Assembly: GCA_022340545.1 (NCBI GenBank)
Contig: JAJDNV010000159.1
Location: 21,872 to 85,871 of the forward strand
DNA: 64,000 bases
Direction: 5' to 3'
DNA from: Acidobacteriota bacterium
GTDB taxonomy: Bacteria; Acidobacteriota; Vicinamibacteria; Fen-336
Shown: in pieces, positions 19,848 to 29,638 of the stretch
Layout: each line of letters begins with the position of its first letter
How positions within the stretch are numbered: position 1 is the first letter of the stretch
The notes under the pieces: model-generated
Told to the model about the DNA's origin: nothing
The model's input: only the letters and a program-made list of their open reading frames with translations
The model's database searches: none
Position numbers and translations under genes: made by a program

Positions 19848-21050
19848 ATGCCTCGGATGCGGAAACCGCGGTCGCTGGCCGGCGCAGCCCTGGTGGCGGC
19901 GCTCCTGGCGGGGAGCCCCGCCCACGGCGCGTCCCCGCTCGCCGTCGACCCGGCCGACCCGCGTCTCGTGGGACGCCCCGACCTCATGCAGAGGCTGCAG
20001 GGCAGTGCCCACGGGTACTTCAGGTTCATCAACGCCCCCTTCGCGGCCGAGGCCTGCGCCGCGTTCGCCGACATCGTCGACGAGTTCCCGGACGTGAACC
20101 TCCACGGCGACGCCCATTTCGAGCAGTACGCGGTGACGAGCCTCGGCCACGGGCTGACCGACTTCGACGACTGCACCCAGGGCAAGCCGATCATCGACCT
20201 CGTCCGCTTCGGGACGTCGCTCGTCCTCGCCGCCCGTGAGCGCGGCTGGGGCGACGAGGACGCCAGGTTCCTGGACGCGTTTTTCCGTGGCTACCGCGAC
20301 GCCCTCAAGAAGCCGGATCGGACGAAGCCGATGCCGGGGCTCGCCGCCGAGATCCGGGCCGGCTTCAAGTGGGATCGGGCGGCCGCCCTGCGCCAGGCCC
20401 ATGCCCTCATCGACGCCGCTCCTCTGCCCCCGGAGAGCTTCGCGGAGGGCGCGGCGGAGTTCGCCGGCCTCATCCGGTTCGGCCGCGACGACCTCCCCCT
20501 GCACTTCTTCGAGATCAAGCGGGCGGGCGCACTCAAGCTGGGCGTGGGCAGTGCCCTCGACGAGAAGTACCTGATCATCTTCGAGGGGTGGACCCGGGCC
20601 GACGACGACGACCTCATCGTCGAGGCAAAGCAGATCCGCGACCTCTCCGGCAACCCGTGCGTGCGGACGGACGTGGGCGCGTCGCGGATCCTGGACGGCC
20701 AGCGGCTCATCGCCTACGAGCCTTTCCGCTTCAGCGCCGTCGTCCCCCGGGGCGAGAAGTACTTCTGGGTCCACGACTGGACGGACGACTATCAGGAGAT
20801 CTCGATCGCCACGGTGGTCCGCTCGAGGCAGGATATGGAGGAGATCGCCTACGACGCCGGGGTGCAGCTGGGCCGGGCCCACCCGAAACGGGTCGACGGC
20901 GAGCCCGACAAGGAGCGCCAGAAGGCGACGCTGGAGGCGGTGGGCGGAAACGAGGGGCGCATCCGGGGAGTCATCCGGCGGCTGGCCGACAAAACGGAGG
21001 CGGCCTGGCGCGGCTTCACCGAAGCCGCCGGCCGCCTCCCCAACGACTGA
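19848..21050 (+). CDS. DUF2252-family secreted protein
   Basis: Signal peptide. HGDAHFEQY ... DFDD motifs typical of DUF2252. Confidence 0.65.
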   Translation: MPRMRKPRSLAGAALVAALLAGSPAHGASPLAVDPADPRLVGRPDLMQRLQGSAHGYFRFINAPFAAEACAAFADIVDEFPDVNLHGDAHFEQYAVTSLGHGLTDFDDCTQGKPIIDLVRFGTSLVLAARERGWGDEDARFLDAFFRGYRDALKKPDRTKPMPGLAAEIRAGFKWDRAAALRQAHALIDAAPLPPESFAEGAAEFAGLIRFGRDDLPLHFFEIKRAGALKLGVGSALDEKYLIIFEGWTRADDDDLIVEAKQIRDLSGNPCVRTDVGASRILDGQRLIAYEPFRFSAVVPRGEKYFWVHDWTDDYQEISIATVVRSRQDMEEIAYDAGVQLGRAHPKRVDGEPDKERQKATLEAVGGNEGRIRGVIRRLADKTEAAWRGFTEAAGRLPND

Positions 21051-21072
21051 AGAGAGCGCGGGCCTCCGCGTC

Positions 21073-21591
21073 CTACCAGACCCAGATCCTCACGTGGTCG
21101 TTCCCGTCGTGCACCTCGACGAGGTCGGTGAACCGCACGCCGCCGAGCGAGCCGGCCATGGCGACCGTGGAGATCCGCCCGTCGGAGTCCGGGAGTGCGC
21201 TCCGGGCGAGGCTCAGGGGCACGTTGACCGAGACCTCTTCCTCGTTGCCGTGCACCCGGACGACGAGCTTGTCGCCCACCTTGCGGATGATCACTTCCTC
21301 GTCGGGCTCCTGGACGTGAACCAGCACTCCGTCTGGCGCGGCGGCCAGGGCGTCGAGGATCTCGCGGGCGATCCCGATGTGCTCGAGCGCCTCGTCGGGA
21401 ATCCGAAGCTCCTCCTCGGCCACGATGGGACCGGCGGCCAGGGCGGCCTGGGCGAACACCAGCGGGACCGGGACCATGATCCGATGGCCGTCAGGCCCGC
21501 CCTCCTGCACGTCCACGACCACCACCCCGAGGCTGGCCACGGTGGCCAGGAGGGCGAGGGGCACGGCGAGGACTGCCGCCAGCTTGACCAT
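21073..21591 (-). CDS. secreted protein of unknown function, tandem paralog 2 (internal two-module repeat)
   Basis: Signal peptide MVKLAAVLAVPLALLATVAS. Shares the module pattern (VHVxV...VNVPLSLA..AL...D......V.....VRIWV) with the adjacent gene. Confidence 0.55.
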   Translation of the reverse strand: MVKLAAVLAVPLALLATVASLGVVVVDVQEGGPDGHRIMVPVPLVFAQAALAAGPIVAEEELRIPDEALEHIGIAREILDALAAAPDGVLVHVQEPDEEVIIRKVGDKLVVRVHGNEEEVSVNVPLSLARSALPDSDGRISTVAMAGSLGGVRFTDLVEVHDGNDHVRIWVW

Positions 21592-21600
21592 GACGTCCTC

Positions 21601-22152
21601 CTACTCCTGGGCGTTCTGCTCGTCGATCCAGACCCGGACGGTGGTGTCGGGCTCGCTCACGGTCACGATGTCGCCGCGCTTCTTCTGCAGCTCGGCCACC
21701 GCGGCCTTGATGTTGACGGTGTCACCCTCGCTCGAGAGCAGCGCGTCCACGAGGCTCACCGGCACCTCGACCCGCACCTCTTCCTGGCCCTTTTCCTCGA
21801 CGCGCACGTGGACCTGGTCGCCCTGGCGCCACACCTTGATCGTCTCGTCCTTCTCCTCGACGCTCACCAGCTCGGCGTCGCCGACCGCGGCCAGCTCGGC
21901 CCAGATCTTGCGCACGTCCTCGAGCTTCATCCCGTGCTTCTCGCCGAACTTGAGCTTGCCCTTGGACTCGATGATCTCGGGGGCGGCCTCGAGGGCCACC
22001 TCGACGACGCTCAGCGGCAGGTTGACGGCGACCTTGGACTGCTTCTCCGGCTCCTCGACCCGAACGTGGATCCAGGGCGTCTCGGCGTAGGCGGCGGCGG
22101 GAGCGAGGAACAGTGCCGCCAGACCAACGCCGGCTAGAAAGCTCTTCTTCAT
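21601..22152 (-). CDS. secreted protein of unknown function, tandem paralog 1 (internal two-module repeat)
   Basis: Signal peptide MKKSFLAGVGLAALFLAPAAAYA. Two ~75-aa modules (IHVRVEE...VNLPLSVVEVAL / VHVRVEE...VEVPVSLVDALL) ending in VRVWIDE. Confidence 0.6.
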   Translation of the reverse strand: MKKSFLAGVGLAALFLAPAAAYAETPWIHVRVEEPEKQSKVAVNLPLSVVEVALEAAPEIIESKGKLKFGEKHGMKLEDVRKIWAELAAVGDAELVSVEEKDETIKVWRQGDQVHVRVEEKGQEEVRVEVPVSLVDALLSSEGDTVNIKAAVAELQKKRGDIVTVSEPDTTVRVWIDEQNAQE

Positions 22153-22393
22153 GGCTTCTCCTCCGTACGGCCCGGCTGGTACCCGGCCTCTTCACACCCT
22201 TTTACGCACGGGGTGCCGGGCAGGTTCTCTTAATTGGAGGTTCAATCCGTTGGATACCCCGCTTTCCGCCGGCGAGGCCCGGGGAGCCGTCGCCGGCCCC
22301 CCGTCCACACCCCAGTCCGGATCCTTGACTGAGGTTTTCCGCAGGGTCATGCTTGGCCCCGCTGTTGAAGCTGCTGAAGAAAGGTTGAGCAAC

Positions 22394-22990
22394 ATGTCTA
22401 CGTCGGTGATGGACTCCCTCCTGCCGCTCCTGGAGGGCGGCAACGTTCAGCAGGTCTCGCGCCAGCTCGGCATCGGCGAGGCCCAGGCCGGCACCGCCAT
22501 CAAGGCTGCCGTGCCCCTCCTGGTCGGCGCGCTCCAGCGCCAGGCCTCGAGCCCCACCGGCCTCGATTCGCTGGCCGGGGCCCTCGACCGCGACCACGAC
22601 GGGAGCGTCCTGGACGACATCGGCGGCTTCCTGGGCGGGGGCGGGTCGGCGGCGGCCGGAGCCGGCATCCTCGGCCACGTGCTCGGCGCCCGCCAGTCGA
22701 ACGTGGCGGCCTCGCTCGGCAAGTCCACCGGCCTCGACGCCGGTCAGATCCTGCAGCTCCTGACGATGCTCGCCCCGCTCGTCATGGGGGCCCTCGGGCG
22801 CGCCAAGCGCCAGGCTCCATCCGGACCGGGAGAGCTCGCCGACATCCTCGGCGGTGCCACACGGCAGGTGGACCAGCAGGCTCCCGACTTGATGTCGTCG
22901 CTGGGCCGAATGCTCGACGCCGACGGCGACGGATCCCCGATCGACGACATCGCGGGCATCGCCGGAAGCCTCTTCGGGGGGAAGCGGTAG
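22394..22990 (+). CDS. DUF937-family protein
   Basis: ATG at 22394 after GAAAGG. Repeated DGS.LDDIGG / DGSPIDDIAG motifs. The ORF-track N-terminal extension from 22151 was rejected. Confidence 0.65.
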   Translation: MSTSVMDSLLPLLEGGNVQQVSRQLGIGEAQAGTAIKAAVPLLVGALQRQASSPTGLDSLAGALDRDHDGSVLDDIGGFLGGGGSAAAGAGILGHVLGARQSNVAASLGKSTGLDAGQILQLLTMLAPLVMGALGRAKRQAPSGPGELADILGGATRQVDQQAPDLMSSLGRMLDADGDGSPIDDIAGIAGSLFGGKR

Positions 22991-22995
22991 CCTTC

Positions 22996-23150
22996 TGTCA
23001 CCGAAGTCGTGTGATCCTCTGGAGCGTTGGGCGCTCGGCGGCCACCCCGTCTGCGGGCGCATCAGCTTCGAAGCACAGCCGCGTCCTCGCCGGGGGCCCC
23101 GGCCGCCTGCGCGCCAGCACGCCTATCCAGTTGACACGACTTCGGTGACG
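22996..23150. repeat. 155-bp element bounded by 19-bp inverted repeats (16 bp perfect), MITE-like or structured RNA
   Basis: TGTCACCGAAGTCGTGTGA at 22996-23014 and TGACACGACTTCGGTGACG at 23132-23150. Inner imperfect IR GGGCGCTCGGCGGCC / GGCCGCCTGCGCGCC. Confidence 0.5.
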
Positions 23151-23236
23151 TACCTCTCGCCCGTCATTCCGGGGCGTCACGCGACCGGCGCCTGAGGCCA
23201 CGACGACCCTACGCGATCCTGTAGACTGTCCTCTCC

Positions 23237-23833
23237 ATGCCCACGAATCACCATCGAGAGCTCTGGCTCGTGCGCCACGGAGAAACCCCGGCCAGCCGTG
23301 GACGCACCCTCGCCGGCTGGACCGACGTCCCCCTCACGGAGCGGGGCGAGTCCCAGGCCGCCGCCCTGCGGCCCGTCTTCGCCGGCGAGCCGTTCGAGGG
23401 CGTCTGGTCGTCCGACCTCGTCCGCGCCGTGACCACCGCCCGGCTGGCCCGGGGCGAGCCCCGGCAGGACCGGCGCCTTCGCGAGCTGAGTTTCGGCGAG
23501 CTCGAGGGAGCCGCCTTCACCGCCCTCGAGCCGCAGGTTCGGGAGGCGCTGACGAGGTTCGAGGGCTTTGCCGCCCCCGGCGGCGAGAGCTTCACCGAGC
23601 TCCGCACCCGGGTGATGTCGTTCGTCGACGAGCTGCCGCCGGGCCGGCACGCCCTCTTCACCCACGGGGGCGTGGTGCGGCTCCTCGCCCGGGACCTGGG
23701 TGAAGACCGGTTCGTGCCGACGGGGACCCTCCTGGTCGTGGACTGGGAAGCCCGCCAGCTCCTCTGGCGGCACGAGGGAGAAGGCACCCCCCGCGACGAG
23801 AAGGACGCAGTGGCCGAGGGCTCGTCGGCCTAG
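23237..23833 (+). CDS. histidine phosphatase family protein (phosphoglycerate-mutase-like; CobC-like)
   Basis: LWLVRHGET motif. About 198 aa. Confidence 0.75.
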   Translation: MPTNHHRELWLVRHGETPASRGRTLAGWTDVPLTERGESQAAALRPVFAGEPFEGVWSSDLVRAVTTARLARGEPRQDRRLRELSFGELEGAAFTALEPQVREALTRFEGFAAPGGESFTELRTRVMSFVDELPPGRHALFTHGGVVRLLARDLGEDRFVPTGTLLVVDWEARQLLWRHEGEGTPRDEKDAVAEGSSA

Positions 23834-23947
23834 CCGTCACGCCGCGCATCCTCTGGCCGGGAGAGGGTGAAGCCCGGCCGACACCATGCAGATGAGGGAA
23901 CCGGCGGTGTCGCCGGCCCGTTCTCCGTCTCAGAGCGGAAGACAGGC

Positions 23948-25390
23948 ATGGCCACCGCGGTGTTACCATCCGACGCGATGATCGGGCAGACCTTCAAGCA
24001 CTACGAGGTCGAAGCGGAGCTGGGAAAGGGCGGCATGGGCGTCGTGTACCGCGCCCGCGACACCCAGCTCGGCCGCCCGGTCGCCCTCAAGGTCCTGACC
24101 CCGGAGTTCACCCGGGACGAGGACCGCAAGAAGCGGTTCCTGCAGGAGGCCAGGGCCGCGAGCGCCGTCAACCACCCGGCGATTGCCCCGGTCTACGAGG
24201 TGGGCGAAGGCCCGGAGGGCCTCTTCATCGCGATGGAGCTGGTCGAGGGCCGCACCGTCAAGGCCCTCATCCAGGCCCGCGAGCTGGATCTCCTCGGGGG
24301 CATCGAGGTGGCGCTACAGGTGGCGGGCGGGCTCCAGAAAGCCCACGAGGCGGGCATCGTCCACCGCGACATCAAGCCCGAGAACGTGGTCGTCACCCCC
24401 GACGGGCACGCGAAGATCCTCGACTTCGGCCTGGCCAAGCTCCTCGAGCCCACCGCGCCCGCGACTGCCCGCTCCGCCGACGAGATCTCGCACATGGAGA
24501 CGCTGGCCAAGACGCAGGCCGGCTTCGTGCTGGGCACCCTCCGATACATGAGCCCCGAGCAGGCCCGCGGCCAGGCCATCGACTACCGGAGCGACATCTT
24601 CTCGCTTGGCGTCGTGCTCTACGAGATGGTGACGGGCCAGCTGCCCTTCTCGGGCTCGACTCCGCTGGACACCCTGCACGCCATCGCCTACGAGGAGACT
24701 CGCCCGGTCACCGCGCTGCGACCGAACATCCCTGCGTCCCTCCAGCGCGTCGTCACCCGCTGCCTCCGAAAGCGGGCGGCCGATCGCTATCCCGACGCCC
24801 GCGAGCTGATCACGGACCTGAAGGCGGTGCAGCGCGAGGTGGAGAGCGGGATCTCGAGCAAGGTGCCGCTGGGGGTGAGGCTGCAGGAGCAGTGGACGTC
24901 GCTCCGGCACCGTACGCTGGGCGAGTGGCTCCTGCCGGCGGGTGTGGGCGTAGTCCTTCTCGCGGTCGTGCTCGCGATGCTCTTCGGCCCGGAAACGGAG
25001 GGGCTCCCGGGCAGCCTGATCTTCTTCGGGATCGTCGGGCTCTTCGTGTGGCGCCGCTTCCGCAACCGCCGTATCCGCCTGGCCCGCCGGGCGGTGAAGA
25101 AGATGAGCCGGATGGAGGAGGTCCGCCTGATCGCCCTGGACGGGATGCGCCTCACGGTGCTGGCCGACCGGGCCCAGGCGCGAACCTACGTGCGCGCGAA
25201 CGCGATCGTGGACGCGGTGAATTCGAGCATGTTCTTCGGGGATCCGTTTACGGTGGTGGTCCGCGACGACGTCTCCGACGAAGAGGCCAAGGCGTTGCTG
25301 ACCGGACCGGGCATCCTCTACGTGCGCGAGAACGAGCCCCTCCCTCCCGCGCCCCCCGCCCCGAACACCACCTCGGTCGAGCAGGGCTGA
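23948..25390 (+). CDS. Ser/Thr protein kinase with TM segments and a C-terminal extracytoplasmic domain
   Basis: GKGGMGVVYRA...ALK, HRDIKPEN, DFG, SPEQ Hanks motifs. ATG at 23948. Confidence 0.8.
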   Translation: MATAVLPSDAMIGQTFKHYEVEAELGKGGMGVVYRARDTQLGRPVALKVLTPEFTRDEDRKKRFLQEARAASAVNHPAIAPVYEVGEGPEGLFIAMELVEGRTVKALIQARELDLLGGIEVALQVAGGLQKAHEAGIVHRDIKPENVVVTPDGHAKILDFGLAKLLEPTAPATARSADEISHMETLAKTQAGFVLGTLRYMSPEQARGQAIDYRSDIFSLGVVLYEMVTGQLPFSGSTPLDTLHAIAYEETRPVTALRPNIPASLQRVVTRCLRKRAADRYPDARELITDLKAVQREVESGISSKVPLGVRLQEQWTSLRHRTLGEWLLPAGVGVVLLAVVLAMLFGPETEGLPGSLIFFGIVGLFVWRRFRNRRIRLARRAVKKMSRMEEVRLIALDGMRLTVLADRAQARTYVRANAIVDAVNSSMFFGDPFTVVVRDDVSDEEAKALLTGPGILYVRENEPLPPAPPAPNTTSVEQG

Positions 25391-25415
25391 CAGAGCGGGA
25401 AGACCGCACGGCCAA

Positions 25416-26525
25416 CTAAGGGGGCGGCTCGGAATGACACAGGCGTCGGTAGAGGGTGAGGAGGCGGCCGATCGTCTCGTCGCGGGGGAAGCTGGGCGGG
25501 AGGACGATCCGGCGGTTGACCGCCTCGGCGATCGCCCGAGCCAGGGCCTCCACATCGCCCCAGGGGACGAGCCCGATGCCCGGGTGCCACTCGCGGACTC
25601 CCCCGGACTCCCACGCGGCCACCGGCACCCCGAAGCTGAACGCTTCGATGCCGATGATCCCGAAGGGCTCCTGCCAGCGCGACGGCAGCACCAGTGCGCG
25701 GGCCCGACGATAGAGGGACGACAGGCGCTGGCGACTCACCCAGCCCAGGACCTCGATGGGCGGACCCGAGGACGCCCTCGCCTGTGAGAGGAGCTCCTCG
25801 CGGAGGGGGCCGGTGCCGGCGACCACCAGGGGCAGCTCCACCCCCGATCGCCGCCAGGCCTCGACCGCCTCGAGGACTCCCTTCGCCGCGACCAGGCGCC
25901 CGACGAAGAGGACGCACGGCGGCCCGTCCGGCGCCGCGGCACGGTCGAGGTCGTGGACGAACGGCGGAATCACCCGGATCCGCTTGGTGGGCACACCCAC
26001 CCTCACCAACTCCTCGCGCATGTATCGCGAGAGGACGGTGACCGCCTCCATCGCCCGCACCGCGGCCAGCCGTCGCTCCGTGAGAGCAAGGACCTCGCGG
26101 AAGTAGGCCTCGTCCTCGAAGCAGGGGGCGCAGGTCTCTCGCCCCATCGCCAGCCGGCACTCTTCGCCCCCGAGGGTCCATTTTCCGCGGGCCGGACAGA
26201 AGGACCGGTGATCCTGGATCGTGAGAAGGGCGTTCGGGCGCCCCGCCGCCCACTCGAGCACGGCCGGGTTGACCACGTTGTGCACGTGGATGACCTCGGG
26301 ACCGAAGGAGCGGACGAGCGAGTCCAGGTTGATCCACGCCCCGGTCCGCGCTTCGAGCCCGGGCCGCACGTCGACCGGACACGGGGCGGACACGTTGCCG
26401 TCGACGGCGCCCACCACGAGCCGGGCGTTGTGTCCGGCCTCGACGAGGCCCGCGATGACGCCGAGCATCCAGGTGCAGGCCCCGCCGCGGTCGGTCAACC
26501 GGTCGGCCACGTGAAGGATCCGCAT
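25416..26525 (-). CDS. glycosyltransferase family 4 (GT-B, RfaB-like)
   Basis: MRILHVADRL... N-terminus and a C-terminal E-x7-E-like region (EPFGIIGIEAFSFGVPVAA). Confidence 0.75.
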   Translation of the reverse strand: MRILHVADRLTDRGGACTWMLGVIAGLVEAGHNARLVVGAVDGNVSAPCPVDVRPGLEARTGAWINLDSLVRSFGPEVIHVHNVVNPAVLEWAAGRPNALLTIQDHRSFCPARGKWTLGGEECRLAMGRETCAPCFEDEAYFREVLALTERRLAAVRAMEAVTVLSRYMREELVRVGVPTKRIRVIPPFVHDLDRAAAPDGPPCVLFVGRLVAAKGVLEAVEAWRRSGVELPLVVAGTGPLREELLSQARASSGPPIEVLGWVSRQRLSSLYRRARALVLPSRWQEPFGIIGIEAFSFGVPVAAWESGGVREWHPGIGLVPWGDVEALARAIAEAVNRRIVLPPSFPRDETIGRLLTLYRRLCHSEPPP

Positions 26526-26650
26526 GAGGGCACTCAGGGTAGCCGTCTCCTGCGGCTCGCCAATGTGATGTGGGGCACCGTTAGAATGGGCGTTCATGGT
26601 GCGCCGGGTGGGCTTCGACCGTCTCGGCCTCGTGCAAGGAGGCGAACCCG

Positions 26651-27130
26651 ATGAACGGACGCGCGATGGTGTGGAGCGTGGGGATGGTGCTGCTGGCGAG
26701 CCTGGGCCAGACGAGCGACGGCGCCGAGGCCCCGGAGACGCTGGCCGCGCAGGTGCGGGCGCGGGAGGTCGCCTTCGCTCGGACGATGGCGGACCGGGAC
26801 CACGCCGCGTTCTCGAGCTACGTGTCGGAGGAGGCGCTCTTCATGGGCCCGACGGTGCTCCGGGGTCGGGCCGCGGTGGCCGAAGGCTGGAAGGCCTACT
26901 TCGAAGGTCCTCGGGCGCCCTTTTCCTGGGATCCGGAGCGGGTGGAGGTGATCGATTCGGGAACCCTGGCGGTCAGCTCGGGACCGGTGCGCGACCCGGA
27001 GGGCCTCCGGGTGGGGACCTTCAACTCCACCTGGCGCCTCGAGCCCGACGGTCAATGGAGGGTCGTGATCGACATCGGCTGTCCGCCCTGCCCCTGCCCC
27101 GACCCCTCCTCCGAGACACCGGCGGAGTGA
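26651..27130 (+). CDS. secreted SnoaL/NTF2-like (DUF4440-like) protein
   Basis: Signal peptide. VREVAFARTMADRDHAAFSSYVSEEALFMGP pattern. Confidence 0.55.
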   Translation: MNGRAMVWSVGMVLLASLGQTSDGAEAPETLAAQVRAREVAFARTMADRDHAAFSSYVSEEALFMGPTVLRGRAAVAEGWKAYFEGPRAPFSWDPERVEVIDSGTLAVSSGPVRDPEGLRVGTFNSTWRLEPDGQWRVVIDIGCPPCPCPDPSSETPAE

Positions 27131-27167
27131 GCTCGGGGCCACCAGTCAGCGCGCAAGGAGAGCGAAG

Positions 27168-27833
27168 GTGGACGGAGAGGACATCGTCAACGGCCTCCTG
27201 AGGGGCGCCTTCGGCGGCCGCCGGAAGAGATCGCGCGGCGCGAGGCGCGCCTTCGGGAGGCGCGGGTCGCTCGTCAACGCGACGACGCTGCTGGCGGCGG
27301 CGGGCGTCGCCTGGGGCCTCTACGAGACCTGGCAGGGCCAGCGATCCTCCGGGACCCCGACCGGACCGACGCCTCGACCCGGCACGCCGCCCCCTCCCCT
27401 GCCCGGCGCCACCGCCCCGCCTCCCCTGCCCCCCACAGCCGAAGCAGGACGGCTGCCCGAGCCCGTCCTTCGCGTGGTGCGCCTCCTGATCTCCGCCGCG
27501 GGCGCGGACGGGCGAATAGGACCCGCGGAGCGTGAGGCCATCCTGGCCGAGGCCCGCGCCACCGGGGCGGAGGACGCGGTGGCGGCCGAGCTGGAGTCGC
27601 CGCGGCCGCTCCCGGAGATCGTGGGCGGCGTCACCGACCCGAAGCTCAAGCGGGACCTGTACACGCTGGCGTTCGGGATCGTCCGCGCGGACGAGACGGT
27701 CACCGGGGGCGAGCGGATCTACCTGGCCCAGCTCGCGCATCACCTGAAGCTCGAGCCCGACGACGTCGCGCGCCTCGAGTCCGAGGCCGCCGCTCGCATC
27801 GACGCCGAGGCGGCGAAGGCGGACGACGCGTGA
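27168..27833 (+). CDS. TerB-like / DUF533-family protein
   Basis: GTG start after [40 protein letters not shown] is the TerB-like C-terminal domain. Pro-rich linker. Confidence 0.6.
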   Translation: MDGEDIVNGLLRGAFGGRRKRSRGARRAFGRRGSLVNATTLLAAAGVAWGLYETWQGQRSSGTPTGPTPRPGTPPPPLPGATAPPPLPPTAEAGRLPEPVLRVVRLLISAAGADGRIGPAEREAILAEARATGAEDAVAAELESPRPLPEIVGGVTDPKLKRDLYTLAFGIVRADETVTGGERIYLAQLAHHLKLEPDDVARLESEAAARIDAEAAKADDA

Positions 27834-27861
27834 GCTGAGCCTCAAAACGGAGGGAGGGAGC

Positions 27862-28881
27862 ATGTCGTCGACGCCACAGTGGTACATGGCCGTGGGTGGC
27901 CAGCAGGTCGGGCCCGTGTCCGAGGAAGACATCACCAACAACATCAAGAACGGCAGCGTCGACGCCGAGACCCTGGTCTTCATCGCGGGGATGGACGGCT
28001 GGACGCCGCTCAAGGCCGTGCCCAAGTTCGCGTCCCTGCTCGGCCCGATCGCTCCGCCGCCGATGCCTGCCTCGGCCCGGCGCTCGGACATCATCGACTA
28101 CAAGATCAAGGGCGAGGATGTTCAGTTCGTCGAGATCGAGCTCGACCCTGGCGAGGCCTGCGTGGCGGAGGCCGGGGCCATGATGTACATGACCGCCGGC
28201 ATCCAGATGGACACGATCTTCGGCGACGGGAGCGGCCGGCAGAAGCCCGGGATCATGGGTGCGCTGCTCGGCGCGGGCAAGCGCGTCCTGACCGGGGAGA
28301 GCCTCTTCATGACCGTCTTCTCTTCGCACGGTCGCGCGAAGGAGAGGGTGGCCTTCGCCGCGCCCTACCCGGGCCGGATCCTCGCCATGGAGCTTCCCGA
28401 GCTGGGGGGCGAGCTCATCTGCCAGAAGGACTCCTTCCTCTGCGCGGCCAAGGGCGTGGCCATCAGCATCGCCTTCCAGAAAAAGATCGGCGTGGGCCTC
28501 TTCGGCGGAGAGGGCTTCATCATGCAGCGTCTCCTGGGCGATGGGCTCTGCTTCGTCCACGCCGGGGGCATGCTCCACGAGCTGCAGCTCGGGGCGGGCG
28601 AGACGCTCCGGGTGGACACCGGCTGCCTCGTCGCGCTCCAGCCCAGTGTCGGCTATGACGTCCAGTTCGTGGGCGGCATCAAGACGGCCTTCTTCGGCGG
28701 GGAGGGGCTGTTCTTCGCCACCCTCACCGGGCCCGGCCGGGTGTGGCTGCAGTCGCTGCCGCTGAGCCGCATGGCGGACCGGATCTACAAGGCCGCGCCC
28801 CAGACCGGAGGCAGCCGCAAGGGCGAGGGCTCCATCCTCGACGTCGTCGGGGGCCTGGGCAACATGATCGACGGCGACTAA
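27862..28881 (+). CDS. AIM24-family (TIGR00266-like) protein with N-terminal DUF4339/GYF-like domain
   Basis: N-terminus [18 protein letters not shown]. The remainder matches the AIM24 pattern (GESLFMTVF...[22 protein letters not shown]). Confidence 0.7.
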   Translation: MSSTPQWYMAVGGQQVGPVSEEDITNNIKNGSVDAETLVFIAGMDGWTPLKAVPKFASLLGPIAPPPMPASARRSDIIDYKIKGEDVQFVEIELDPGEACVAEAGAMMYMTAGIQMDTIFGDGSGRQKPGIMGALLGAGKRVLTGESLFMTVFSSHGRAKERVAFAAPYPGRILAMELPELGGELICQKDSFLCAAKGVAISIAFQKKIGVGLFGGEGFIMQRLLGDGLCFVHAGGMLHELQLGAGETLRVDTGCLVALQPSVGYDVQFVGGIKTAFFGGEGLFFATLTGPGRVWLQSLPLSRMADRIYKAAPQTGGSRKGEGSILDVVGGLGNMIDGD

Positions 28882-28964
28882 TCGTTCCGGGAACGCCAGC
28901 TGAGCCGACGTTCCCGGAACAGTCCGCTAGGGGAGTGCACGCTGGTTCTCTTCTGAGCTTCGAC

Positions 28965-29423
28965 ATGCGACCCGCGCCCACACTCGCCAGCCGATTGATG
29001 TCGGGAGTCCTCCTCGCGCTCGGGATCCTCGCAGGCGGCCCGGTGGCTCGCGCCGACGACGGGCCACCAGCCGGAACAGCTGGGTCTGGTGAGGACACGG
29101 CGGGACCGCCGGCGCCCGCCCCGAAGCGCCCCGTGCTGGACGAGGAGCAGCCCCCCGTCGGCCCCTTCGGGACTACGGGGCTCGACTTCAAGAGCGACGA
29201 CGGAGGCTATCGCCTGCACCTCTGGTTCCGCGCCCAGGTCCGCTACTCATACCCATTCAACAGTGACCCCCGAGGCCCCGACGACTTCGTCGCCGGCGCG
29301 GTCCACTCCCTCGACCTGCAGCGGATCCGGGTCAAGCTCAAGGGGAACGCCTACCGGCCAGGCCATCGCCATGCGGAAACCGCAGGGTCTCGCCTCGGCG
29401 CCGTTGCCGCCAAGGAGCCTTGA
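28965..29423 (+). pseudogene. truncated porin-like gene fragment (signal peptide plus ~130 aa), possible remnant
   Basis: MRPAPTLASRLMSGVLLALGILAGGPVARA signal. HLWFRAQVRYSY...RIRVKLKGNAYRP resembles the N-terminus of phosphate-selective porins. Stops after 152 aa. A +1-frame continuation reads LDDDATWP...ITLTVYLSIA, then a low-GC tract. Confidence 0.35.
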
Positions 29424-29638
29424 CGATGATGCGACCTGGCCGGCTATGACCATGGCGGCGGGTCTGGCGGCGGGAGCTGGTGGGCTCGGTCGTCAGGCGC
29501 CCATCACCCTAACTGTATATTTATCAATTGCTAAGGTTGTTTCTCGCGAGACCGCCCGGGCGTAACAAAGCCCTTGCATCGCCCGAAACGTACGCCTAAA
29601 CTCGACGAAACAGTTCAGACGTTCCGCTTCTCTACGGT

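Noticed and set aside
18789-20882. 697-aa ORF-track call for the nurA region
   Set aside because: The upstream 370 aa are low-complexity and antisense to the DUF2252 gene. The ATG at 19763 gives a 324-aa NurA-sized protein.
22151-22393. N-terminal extension of the DUF937 gene from 22151
   Set aside because: The extension overlaps the divergent promoter region and the stop of the upstream minus-strand gene. The ATG at 22394 has a GAAAGG spacer and begins the conserved region.
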